Shown here piece by piece: positions 36,006 through 48,349 of a stretch of 64,000 nt of DNA (its first letter is position 1; every line of letters begins with the position of its first letter). Source of the stretch: Haliotis rufescens (Eukaryota); NCBI RefSeq assembly GCF_023055435.1, contig NW_025964001.1:21328001-21392000 (forward strand), read 5' to 3'. A program made the position numbers and the translations under genes. Under the pieces are notes generated by a model. That model saw only the letters and a list, made by a program, of their open reading frames with translations. It searched no databases and was not told the DNA's origin.

Positions 36006-39000
36006 TCACCTTCCGAAAGTCTCCTTTTGTAGATTGTGGTAGGCATCATCAGGCTCGGAGCTGGAGTCACACAAGCCACGCAGTCGTTCTCGACACACCT
36101 CCGCCACTTCCCCTAGATCGGGCTGCAACATACAGTTATCAAAGTCTTACAGTTGGTCTATATGATATCTATATCCACCATTGTTGCAGTATGCTGTTGC
36201 TGATACAATATATCTATCTATCTGTATGTTCAACAGTCCATCATTGTTGCAATACGCTGTTGCTGATACAATATATATCTACCAGGATGTACAACAGTCC
36301 ACCATTGTTGCAATACACTGTTGCTGATACAATATATATCTACCATGTACAACAGTCCACCATTGTTGCAGTATGCTGTTGCTGATACAATATATATATC
36401 TACCATGTACAACAGTCCACCATTGTTGCAGTATGCTGTTGCTGATACAATATATATCTACCATGTACAACAGTCCACCATTGTTGCAGTACACTGTTGC
36501 TGATACAATATATATCTACCATGTACAACAGTCCACCATTGTTGCAGTACACTGTTGCTGATACAATATATATCTACCATGTACAACAGTCCACCATTGT
36601 TGCAGTACGCTGTTGCTGATACAATATATATCTACCATGTACAACAGTCCACCATTGTTGCAGTATGCTGTTGCTGATACAATATATATCTAGCATGTAC
36701 AACAGTCCACCATTGTTGCAGTACACTGTTGCTGATACAATATATATCTACCATGTACAACAGTCCACCATTGTTGCAGTATGCTGTTGCTGATCCAATA
36801 TATATCTACCATGTACAACAGTCCACCATTGTTGCAGTATGCTGTTGCTGATACAATATATATCTACCATGTACAACAGTCCACCATTGTTGCAGTATGC
36901 TGTTGCTGATCCAATATATGTCAAGGATGTACGACGGAGGGTGCAGATGACCAACACAACAGTACATGCTCTGCCTAATACGATCTATAATGTACGTTTC
37001 AGAGTTTGAAAAAAGATAAGAATAGTAGTGGTTTATGATTCATAGTTAAAAAAGTATTTATCGAGTGTTATGTGCCTAAAAAAAACCACATTGTATTCCT
37101 TCAGAGAATTCAGGTGAACGAGCAGGTATAATAAAATATATTACAAATATAAGTCCAGATATACAATGAACAAATTTTTATAACCAGATAGTATAATAAT
37201 GGGACTGAATTGCGTACTTTAGTCGGATTTGTTGACTGGTATTTCAGGTGTTACCTGCTCGTGGTGAACAGCTGATAATGATTTTTGAGATGAGGAAAAA
37301 CATTGTGTCAGGGTAAAACTTGAGCTTATAAAAAATGTATGTGAGTTTTGGCAGTGATGTGTTACCCTGCGCTATATTGCACTATATTGAAGGGTGCAAT
37401 AGCGAGGGAACACTATACTTTTGCGTGGCGTATCGATATATCGTGGGTCAAGTATCGTGATCAGAATATCGGTGTATCGTTTCACCCTTACTTCAGTATG
37501 AAACCCACCTGCAGTATATGCATCCCCTTCAGAGTGACCACTACAAGGTCATCCATGCCGTCCCCCATGATGTCCAGTCTATCCAACCCAACCACAGGCC
37601 CTGGAAAACTCCGTTGCCAAAGTAACTGAAAACCTGCAGGGTTAAATGGAGGCTGGACGTCTTCTTCCAGTTGAACCTGTTCTTCCTTCACACCATGCCC
37701 AGACACAAACAGATCCTCCTGCGACTTTGCCTTCCTGGTTGGCTGAGCATCCTTCACACTGGTAGCTTGGGAGTTAGATTCATCCGATCTGTGCCTCTGT
37801 TTGTTTAACTCCTCTAATTGGTTCAGAGTCCTCTCTGGTGTGGATGATGTATGTGACGGAGTATTTGATTGGCTGCTTCCAGCCTTAATGGTGATATCTG
37901 ATAGGCTGTATTTTCTGTCAGTGTCAAAGTGCTGGTTTTCTTCAAAATACTTGTATGCTAGAAGTTCCTGTTGTAATTAAACAGAAAGTTGATTGTGAAT
38001 ATATACTGTTCAAAAGAAGTTAAAGAACACATGATTAGTTTCATATGACTTTAGCTAATCTGTCATGGCTGGTGGGTATTGCATCACACTGCCTTCCAAC
38101 AGTGGGTGGTCTTTACTTATTTTGTGAGGATATAGAATGCATGACTCATGACATACAGGTAAGGTCATCCCAGTATCAACAAACACCTCTACCTTTGTGA
38201 CTTGCTTACTGGTACTGACAAACCTAGAAACATAATCAGGGCCATCCGGGATTCGAACCCACATTGAATTGTGTTGTCTTAGCACACTTCCTAAAAGACT
38301 ATAACATCAAAAGTCTTTGAAAGGCATTGAGAAGTGATACACATAAGGAAGAGAATTTTATGGATGTCAACTTCTTTATTATGAGGAACCAAACATTTTG
38401 GAGTATATATTTCACCTGATGATTTAATAAGTTTATACTCTGAAATGTTGTGTTCCTTCTAATAAAGAAGTTGACATCCATAAAATTCTCTTCCCTAACA
38501 TCAAAAGGTTTACAAACAAAAGAGCAGCTGATTGACAACACACTCTCACTCTTCTGTCATGACAATGTTCTGATATCGTGTAGCCTACCTGTCCATATGT
38601 TCCTACAAGCAGCTCGTTCTCCCCGTCGAAGTCTATGTCCACTACACAAGAACAAAGTGTGCTGTCAAACTTCTCACTGTTGGGGAGTGACAAGATGTCT
38701 TCAAAGCCAGTGATCAGGACATTCCTGAAATAGATGTTCTTTCCTATTGCTGAGCCTTGCATATTAAGATAAAGAAATATTTTTGTGAGGAGACACAAAC
38801 TTCTCTCTACTGTAATCTGCTTCACATAAGGCCGTGCGTGTGTGCGTGCGGCATGCATGCGTGCGTGGTTTAATATTACTTAACACCAGCTATTTCTGAT
38901 ACTCCATTCACCAATTCACTGAGCTTGATCACCCGATCCATTAACATGATTAAGTTGCCTGCTACGACCAGCATAGATTACTGGGGACAAATTCTAACAT

Positions 39001-42000
39001 TGTATCCCGACGGTATCTACAAGGTGTAGTACAACCTATTGTGACTTTCCTCCACATTAAACGGACATACCTTGATACACTGTATCATGAGCCCTGCTCA
39101 AGCAAGCAAGTAAGCACCCCCTCACAAACATTTTGAAAGTACATTCTATAAAAAGGCCCCCTACTGCCTCATTACTGCCAACAAATATATATACCGTAGC
39201 TTCCCTCTTTATCAATTTTATAATTCCCCAAGGCCCTCATTATGGTGAATACGGTAGTTGAAATACTGTTCAATGTGGCATTTACATAGTTCTCTCTTTA
39301 AATTACATTCTATATAAATGCGCCCTACTACCATTTAACTGACAACAAATATATATACCGTAGCTTCCCTCTTTATCAATTTTCTAATTCCCCAAGGCCC
39401 TTATTATGGTGAATACGGTAGTTGAAATACTGTTCAATGTAGCATTTACATAGTTCTCTCTTTAAATTACATTCTATATAAATGCCCCCTACTACCATAT
39501 TACTGCCAACAAATATATATACCGTAGCTTCCCTCTTTATCAATTTTATAATTCCCCAAGGCCCTTATGATGGCGAATACGGTAGCTGAAATACTGTTCA
39601 ATGTGGCATTTACATAGTTCTCTCTTTAAAGTACATTCTATATTAATGCCCCCTACTACCATATTATTGCCAACAAATATATATACCGTAGCTTCCCTCT
39701 TTATCAATTTTCTAATTCCCCAAGGCCCTTATGATGGTGAATATGGTTGCTGAAATACTGTTCAATGTAGCATTTACATAGTTTTCTCTTTAAAGTACAT
39801 TCTATATAAATGCCCCCTACTACAATATTCGGTAGCTTCCCTCTTTATCAATTTTATAATTCCCCAAGGCCCTTATGATGGTGAATACAGTAGCTGAAAT
39901 ACTGTTCAATGTGGCATTTACATAGTTCTCTCTTTAAAGTACATTCTATATAAATGCCCCCTACTACCATATTACTGCCAACAAATATATATACCGTAGC
40001 TTCCCTCTTTATCAATTTTCTAATTCCCCAAGGCCCTTATGATGGTGAATACAGTAGCTGAAATACTGTTCAATGTAGCATATAAGCCAACTCCCTGACA
40101 CCAAGTATCTCTGTGTAGGACTGTGAGTACAAGTTACCTGTACACTACTGCAGGCTCAAGAGCACTGGTAACCAACAGGTTGTAGTTGGCCAACTGTTCT
40201 TCTTCTTCACGCGCACTTTCTTCTGAAGACAGACGAACAAATTGCACGTTATCAAATAAAGACACACAAAGTGAAAGTAACACTGATAGATTATTCCCTG
40301 GAGCTGAGTGCCATCCTGTCTGAACATCTTAGGGGTCATAACAAGGAGTTCCGGGGAACAACCCATTACCTTGTACCAAGGCTGGGACGATACACCAACT
40401 GTGCGATCCGATACGTATCACGAGACCTTGCTCACAATCCGATACATATCATGATACATCATATACGATGTGCTCTTATCTGTGATGAATAAGCCATCTT
40501 TTCCACAGAAAATACTTGGCACACTGACAATTTACAGATGGCAGTGTCAAGCATGACACAATGGATGAAAATATTTACGTTTCAAATGATCATTATATAG
40601 CTCTCTACTTTTGAGTGAGTGAGTATGGTTTTACGCCGCTTTTAGCAATATTCCAGCAATATCACGGCGGGGGACACCAGAAATGGGCTTCACACATTGT
40701 ACCCATGTCGGGAATTGAACCTGGGTCTTTGGCATGACAAGCGAACGCTTTAACCACTAGGCTACCTGACCGCCCCTCTCTATTTTTGAAGCTATTTTAT
40801 GTTAATAAAAGTGGCATAGGTTTTATCCATTAAACACTGTGTGGCTTTGTCACAGTACAAAGGTTTCGAAATTAAGTATTCAAATATTACGAGAGTCAAG
40901 GGCCATCAGTTTCTGGTCAGAATGCAACTAAAATTATCCTATGCGTTTGTTCTTTATGACAGACAGGCCTTAGTTTAGTTAATGAATACGTTCACACCTT
41001 TAAGTAGCTTCATCATCACAAAAGAAGTCAAAAACAGGCTTAACAAACTATACCCATGTGAATGAATAACACCATGCTTTAACCATTTTAGTCAAACACT
41101 TGAACCATGGGGCTACCTAATGTCTCACTGAAAACCTGAAAGAATATCAGAAACATTTTGAATATTACCATTGAAGAAGTCGAGGAAGGAAGGACAGGCG
41201 ACGTGGTTCTTGGCTGTGAAGAGCCTGATACTGGTGATGGGGCTGTCATGCTCTGTTGACCAGGAAATAAGTACCTCTGACAAGAAAACAGAGTGAGAAA
41301 TAACTTTGATGCACATTTTTCATAGATGTGATCAGATGTAAGTGAGCGAGTTGGGTTTAATGCTGCTCTGAACTGTATTCCAGTTATATCACTGCATGTC
41401 AGCTTGATCATGTTGATGTTGGAAGAAAGCCAAAGATATGCAGGTTTCTGGCATGCCTTAACAACTCACGAATCACTCACTGATCACAGATTGTCAGTGT
41501 CAGAAGAACGAGTGAGTGAGTTGGGTTTAACGCCGCTTTTAACAGTATTCCAGTTATATCACGGCGTGTCAGTTTAATGTGGGAGGAAAGCCAGAAGTGA
41601 TGCAGGTCTTAGACGTTTACCACTTTGGTGAAACCCACGAGCACGGGTATGGTGCTGACAAACCTAGAAACATAAATGGGGCGAACCGGGATTAGAACCC
41701 ACAATCATAGGCTTCTGGCGTGCCCAAGGGACGCAACTCTGCACAGCGAATCGCGGCGCCTTAGACGACTGGGCCACCCGTGCTCCCGTCAGAAGAACGA
41801 GAGAATTCTGGTATGTCTATGGGATACTCTGTACAGCAATCAAAAATTATTGTGTCATCTACAGAGATCATCACACAAGAAGTGGTAACTACTTTAGTGA
41901 AGAGTCATTAGAGAATATCAGCGTTATGATGAAGATAAACAAAGAAATTCCTAGGAGGATTGCCTACACATGACACAATACACTGACAGACTTACCTTTG

Positions 42001-45000
42001 CTTTTAACAGAGGAATATTGAGTTAAAAACCTTTTTGGCTGTAACATTGACATACTGACAGAGTTACCTACCTTTGGCTGTAACATTGACATAAGCTACT
42101 TGGACAAGGCCATTCTGATGTCCCATCACAGTGAGCCGTCTCTTGTAGTTGTCCAGATAACTAATACTCAGCTGCAGTACACTTGCAACAAAATGAACAA
42201 TCGTCTAATAAATGAGACAACTCCAAACAATGCGTCGTCATTCCGTAATTCTTATCATATATTCTTGATATCTTTTGAAAAGCTTTGCAAAAAATGAATA
42301 TGAATATGAATTGAAAATGAATAAATTAAAATTTATAAAGTGAACAATTTGATGTAAAGAAACCCTTATCACATGGCATGTTATTTTGAATATACTGACC
42401 TGCTTGGAATATTATTAAACTCTGGAAAGAATTCCTCAGATGGTGTTTCTTGAAATCCATGTGACTTGAAAGACTTAAAAACAATACATGGAACTTTGGT
42501 TTACATAATGTCTTCAGTGACTTAAGTGTGTACTATCGTGAATATATGAAAAAAACAATTGCCTCCAGGATGAGTCAGAAGAAAGAATATGCCGATGAGC
42601 TCTATCATTCCAACAAGCAAGTGATTCTGTGGCTTTAATTGGTTAAGAAAGCAATTACTCTTGCATTTACTTTTCCATAAATCAAAAAACAATAAAGCCA
42701 CACCTCTAACGGGCTGCAGTTTCCTGATTGGCTGATAACAGATTGAGTGGGGCTTGCGTTGTCTTATTGCACCGAAGAATGAGGCTGATTTCATATTGTT
42801 GTCTCCATGGTTTTTTGTGTTATTGAATGAATAAGCAGTCTGTGAAGTTATCATAAGAATTGACTTCAATATGTTTTTGTGTTCATGGAGTTATAAACAT
42901 AAACAAGCGACTCTGCTTGTCGTCAGAGGTGACTAACGGGATCAGGTGGTCAGGTTCGCTGACTTGGTTGATGCATGTCATTGATCCCATTTGTGTGGAT
43001 GCTCATGATGTCAATCACTGGATTGTCTGGTTCAGACTTGATTATTTACGGACCGCCGTCATATAGCTAGAATATTGCTGAGTGCGGCGTTAAACAAACA
43101 ACAACAAACAACATAAACAAACACCAGTGTGCATGCCTTGTGTAAATCCGCTAAGAGGTGTACACCAGTTTTCATGTTTATAACCCATAAATGCAAAAAA
43201 TATTGAAGTGAATTATTAACTGGCTCCACACATTAGAGGTATCAAACCAGACAAAAAATACTTAACCATTAAAAAAATGGCATCAATCTTACAAATAAAA
43301 GATTAAACAACCTACATGTATATACATTATCTATTTATCACCTTGTGACTGTGGACCCGACCAATGTTGAGTGAGTGAGTGAGTGAGTGAGTATCGTTTT
43401 ACGCTGCTTTTAGCAATAATCCAGCAATATCACGGCGGGGGACACCAGAAATGGGCTTCACACATTGTACCCATGTCGGGAATCGAACCCGGGTCTTCGG
43501 CATGACGAGCAAACGCTTTAACCACTAGGCTACTCGACCGCCCCTGACCAATGTTGAAGAATGGGTATCAGGCAAACCAATAAATGTCGGAGCTGAAGTC
43601 TACCCATGCTTGGAGGTATAGTGTCTGACTATATCAAGTAAGCTGCAGTCTTGATTGAGGAATCCAAGGGAAGCAATTACAAGATTCAGCAACTGTTTCA
43701 ACCATCCACAATAACAATAAGGTCCAGAACGGGTCACAGGGGAACAGCTCTGTCATAGAGTTCACAAGAAGCCATTTACATCTATACATACCTCTCGATA
43801 CATGTGGATCTTATTGTCTCCTCCACTGAGTAGAAATACCATTTCTTTAGAATCGTCATCAAGAAGTCTGGTTTTAAATGAGATAAAATCCACATGAGAT
43901 GTTGAGAATAACTGGCCCACTATATAATTCACTTGCCAAGAAAACCATACTCCATCATGTCTATATTAAATAGAAAATTAAAATAGTCTTCCTGGCTTTG
44001 TTTATGGTTGACCGCTAGATATAACAATTAAAAACTTCACATCTAAGCTATTCAAATGACATAATAATTTGTACAATGGTTGGGTAGGAATTCAAGTGAT
44101 GACTAATAATATATCTGTACATACTTCAAACATTGTGCAATCTCATTAAAATCAGATCTTAGTTCTCGCAACCGCTAAACAAAGATCTGAGGACATCCAA
44201 TTACGGGTCACGTCAGACCAACCTTGCGCGAACTTTGATCGACCAATGGAATGACCAATCAGAAGGCAGCTTTCTCGTGCTTTACGGCACTAATTTCAAA
44301 ATGGCGACTACGCTTTGAAACATATTTTGACAAATTCTCGATTACAAATTTGAAACCTGAACAAAAGAACATTCTGGAATGGCTAATAGATGGTCTAGAT
44401 TGTATGGATTCAGTCGTTAAACCCGTATCTATCGTTCTGAATATCCTGTGTTAATGTTTTCGAGATTGTATGATTAGAAATCACATTTCGACTGTCACTT
44501 TCATGATCTGGGACGTGACACTCTGATTGGTCGGATGAAAGGTCATTCTAATGTGACCTCTAATGGGATGTCTTCAGATCTTTGTTTAGCGGTAGCGAGA
44601 ACTAAGATCTGATTTTAATGAGATTGAACATTGTGCAACAGGTCAGACACCAACTTCACATTATAAGCATATATTTCAAAGCACTAACAGTTAAGTCACA
44701 GCCAATTCAAAATGAACCATAACATTTGAGAATCAAGAACCAACTCACTCAGTATGTAAAAGCTGGTAGGGAATGAAATTCAGTTCTAAGCTCAAACATC
44801 CCTCTGAAAAGATAAATTGTCATATATTTTCACACACACTAATATCAAAGTCTAAAAGAAGTTAAAGAACACTCAATTCTTTTATATTACTATAGTTAAT
44901 CTGTCATGGTATGACAGATCAACTATATTAATATGAAAGAATTGAGTGTTATTTTACTTCTTTTGTGTAGTATACAAAGTTAATACACAGTGACTATGAC

Positions 45001-48000
45001 TATGTTTAATCACCCACCACACCCATCTAACATGTCTTATAAACATTAACACTCAGGCATAGACATGTATTTGGCTCCCAGTGTTCCAGGGTGCTCATAA
45101 AGATGTTGAGGTGTGCCTGGTGAATTTAAGTGTACATCAGAAAATAAAAACCTTGATCCATCTTTGAACTTTGAAAATGCCATTTCTCCTTGAGCTGGAT
45201 GATAAGCAGTTGAACATAAGGAAGTTTTCCTCTTTCCTTTTCACTAAGATTGATAATACCTGTTCAGTTTCAGAATCCCTAGGTCAATTTTGTGAATCAT
45301 ATTGTGCATATGCATTTTAATATAATAATTTTCCATGTATTTGTCCATTTGTGTGCAAGTTCATTTATCACTGGCTTCGTGTAATAACCATCATCACAGG
45401 GTATCATCTGAAGTGTGCCCTTCAGAAACCAGGAAAATATGTCTTATGCTCGCTACAGTATTATACATTTCCTATTCCCAATATATGACATTTACAACAT
45501 GAAAACACACTCAGCTCATAATCTCTATGTAAGCATTATAAGCAGATAAGGGAAGGAATACCCTACACCGTCACATGGTATAATGTGATGTGATTTGGCT
45601 TGTTTTCTTGATCAAATTGAAACCCTCCAACTTACGAGCAACAATATCCAAGTTGGCCTCGTCCCCGACTTCACTGGCTGAGTACAGGTTGAGGAACTGA
45701 GAGGCTGGCTTACATTCCTTCTCATCCTCTTGCAGCTGTAAGAAATCCCCATCAACTGCATCATGTGACCATCAAATATATGGTAAACTATTATCAGGAA
45801 AACACTCACACATCACTGCCTTAATTATCTATTCTTCACCGGAATACAAAGATAACCATTGCAAGTATCCTATCAACTAAGACACAATTAATATTTTAAA
45901 CACAACATTAACAAGTATTTGTCACAGAAGTGACGAAATGTCCCCCGCCTGTATATACACCAAAATACCAAATATGAAGACAATCCAGCGATTAGTTCTT
46001 GAGATATCGCGGCAACACCGTTTTCCAACTCCAAAAGCAGATATGCCTGCTGTGACCTTGAAAATAGGGTCAAGGTCACCAAAACCGACTGGTGTCTGCG
46101 AAGTCTGTATATACACCATAGTTCCAAATATGAAAACAATCCAGTGTTTAGTTCTTGAGATATCGCGGCAACTCTGTTTTCAAACTCCAAAAGCAGATTT
46201 GCCTGCTGAGACCTTGAAAATGGGGTCAAGGTCACCAAAACCGACTGGTGTCTGCGGTGTCTGTATATACACCATAGTTCCAAACATGAAGACAATCCTG
46301 CGATTAGTGCTTGAGATATCGTGGCAACACTGTTTTCCAACTCCAAAAGCAGATTTACCTGCTGTGACCTTGAAAATGGGGTCAAGGTCACCAAAACCGA
46401 CTGGTGTCTGCGGAGTCTGTATATACACCAAAGTTCCAAATATGAAGACAATCCAGTGTTTAGTTCTTGAGATATCGCGGCAACACCGTTTTCCAACTCC
46501 AAAAGCAGATTTGCCTGCTGTGACCTTGAAAATGGGGTCAAGGTCACCAAAACCGACTGGTGTCTGCGGAGTCTGTATATACACCATAGTTCCAAATATG
46601 AAGACAATCCAGTGTTTAGTTCTTGAGATATTGCGGCAACAAACAGGTGGGACGTACGGACGGATGTACGTACGGACGGTCGTGAATACTATATCCCCCG
46701 CTTCGCGCTTCGCGCGGCGGGGGACAATTAAAGATCTATCTGAAAACTTTGAATTTGATTTCCTGAAGATATCATTTATCAATGAATGGCTAAAAGCATG
46801 TATGTAACATTTTACTAATTGCCATTCTTTAAGCACATTTTGTCTCTTAGCTATTGATGTTTGTTGTTATTTATGTTACTAACTGAAATTCCTAATACCA
46901 AGCGAACTTAGTACATGTTGTCATATCTCACCTTTAAAAAGGTAATGCCTACAATGATTCCATTGTTTCCTTGACATCTTCGCAGGACATCAACAGACAC
47001 TATTTCAGCATCACCTTAAATGAAATCATACTTTTAAAAGACTATGTAGAATATTTGATTATGACTGATAAGATATCTTAACATCAACATGCAAGTGAGT
47101 ATTTCATCTTTGCAGTTCTTTCAAATTCCCTTTCTAGAATTTAGATTCAGACATTTCTTATTCCATTATTATGCTTGTTAGAGAGTTAGTCAGTTGTCAT
47201 ATTCATCTGTTATTCTGCCATGACAGCATAGAGATAAATATGAATCATACAATTGCATGCCATGCCATTCATAGTGTCAGATTTGCAGGGGACACAATGG
47301 CTTCAGGGCAATCTCATCATACTTTGACCCTTCGGGGCCATGGCAGGAAAGAGGTCAAGTGACATATTAGCATGAGTAGAGTCAAGTATATTTTTATGGA
47401 TTTATAATCCACTAAATAAATAAATAAATATCTGTTATTAAAACACTCCCTCCCTATCAGAGACCACATAATATATACCGTATTCGACATAATAAGCGCC
47501 CCCGGAGATATTTGCTAATATATTGGCTAGTGAACAATCCCAATTAGCACCCCTTCTGTTTGATCAATGTACACAAGACTTATTTATTCGTGTATAATAC
47601 GTGTGTTATATGCATCCTTAATTGTGGGAAATTAGATTCTGGAAAAATATATCTGTCGTATATAAACATTTCAGGCTGTCAGCATAAACCACGAAATTTA
47701 CGATCTTTTAACCCTGTTGTTTTTCACCAAAGTAATATTCTAATAAGGGCCCCCTATTTCTAATTTTGAGAGCGCCCTGGGCGCTTATTATGTTGAATAC
47801 GGTATATGGTCTCTGCTCCCTACAGTTAGTTTTGAAAAAGGTCACGAGATGATTTATTAATTGGCCTAAACTAAGGCAAAACTGTACACGAAAATTTAAA
47901 GGCTAACTGTCTATCAGTCTATATAGTATATAACAATGTGTAAAAAATCTAAAATACATCAAACTCCTCTATACCTGGAATGTAGGTGAACTGAATCTCC

Positions 48001-48188
48001 TTGGTGCATGGCGTCAGCCTGTTATTGAATGTCTGATATTCGACTGCAATGACCTTCCCATCAAGAGATGCAACTAATAACTTGTTATTTCCTTCACTGT
48101 CTGTTATTCTTGTCAATCCATAAACATTAGTCTGCGAGGGGAGGCTGCAAAAATGAGCATCAGTCCACCTCCAACCTCTGTCGCCCAT
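36006..48188 (-). CDS. KPTN: Kaptin, KICSTOR complex subunit; complete 12-exon CDS, ~538 aa
   Basis: Exons: 48188-47975, 47014-46932, 45735-45636, 44803-44749, 43867-43792, 42473(or 42464)-42400, 42181-42072, 41276-41169, 40222-40138, 38724-38589, 37967-37509, 36122-36006. All GT-AG with consistent phases. Motifs SQTNVYGL, QFTYIPGDAEIVSVD, LELNFIPYQL, VTSALEPAVVYR, DIDFDGENELLVGTYGQELLAYKY, LLWQRSF and DIMGDGMDDLVVVTLKGMHILQ match kaptin. Confidence 0.93.
36170..36920. repeat. 58-bp minisatellite, ~13 units, KPTN intron 11
   Basis: Unit ATCTACCATGTACAACAGTCCACCATTGTTGCAGTA(T/C)(G/A)CTGTTGCTGATACAATATAT. Confidence 0.95.
37509..37967 (-). CDS. KPTN: KPTN exon 11, carrying a long insertion
   Basis: 153 open codons from ELLAYKY to KGMHILQ, bounded by AG and GT. 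Confidence 0.9.
38589..38724 (-). CDS. KPTN: KPTN exon 10
   Basis: NVLITGFEDILSLPNSEKFDSTLCSCVVDIDFDGENELLVGTYGQ. Confidence 0.92.
39136..40082. repeat. ~164-bp tandem repeat, ~6 units in A/B dimer order, KPTN intron 9
   Basis: ACATTCT recurs near 39141, 39306, 39469, 39634, 39797 and 39941. Confidence 0.92.
41509..41787 (-). mobile_element. Full-length tRNA-derived SINE family D
   Basis: Head GGGAGCACGGGTGGCCCAGTCGTCTAAGGCG with a GGTTCTAATCC B-box; TSD GTCAGAAGAACGAG. Copies at ~51655-51890 (+) and 56022-56275 (-). Confidence 0.88.
44138..44626 (+). mobile_element. Non-autonomous AcademH-like DNA transposon (family H1), KPTN intron 4
   Basis: About 80-bp TIRs CAATCTCATTAAAATCAGATCTTAGTTCTCG; perfect 9-bp TSD AACATTGTG; internal RecQ-like FSITNLKPEQKNILEWLIDGLDC. 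Confidence 0.75.
45910..46730. mobile_element. HINE/pearl-like (Helentron-associated) element with a 159-bp tandem array, KPTN intron 2
   Basis: AACAAG start, subTIR TCCCCCGC, ~4.3 x 159-bp units, (ACGG/ACGT)n microsatellite, 3' palindrome CCCCCGC...GCGGGGG. Confidence 0.8.
47478..47802. mobile_element. Tc1/mariner-pogo-type MITE, KPTN intron 1
   Basis: TA-flanked TIR CCGTATTCGACATAATAAGCGCCC; homolog of 20073-20394. Confidence 0.85.
47975..48188 (-). CDS. KPTN: KPTN exon 1
   Basis: MGDRGWRWTDAHFCSLPSQTNVYGL...KEIQFTYIP with a phase-1 donor. Confidence 0.92.
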
Positions 48189-48349
48189 TCTCTTACTGTA
48201 ATGGATCAGAGTAATCTACCGTGGTCAACGGGCACCTGTTCTATTCGTTTATCCAGTGCCACGTAATTTTAATTGTCTGGATAATCGACTCCAAATCTTT
48301 CAGTTGGCGCATGCTCAGTAATCAACTTCCTCTTACAACACACGTGAAA
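48189..48349. promoter_or_regulatory. Bidirectional promoter between KPTN and PNO1
   Basis: 161 bp between divergent ATGs. Contains GCGCATGC (NRF1-like, ~48307), ACTTCC (ETS, ~48325), CACGTG E-box (48341) and AAAATGGC (YY1-like) over the PNO1 ATG. Confidence 0.75.

Noticed and set aside
45040-45116. Candidate KPTN exon (AHLNIF...)
   Set aside because: 45735-45636 fits homology (QFLNLY...NLDIVA) and phase better; this frame hits a stop.
45888-46836. 218-289-aa ORFs on both strands
   Set aside because: Translations of the 159-bp (53-codon) HINE repeat in a KPTN intron.
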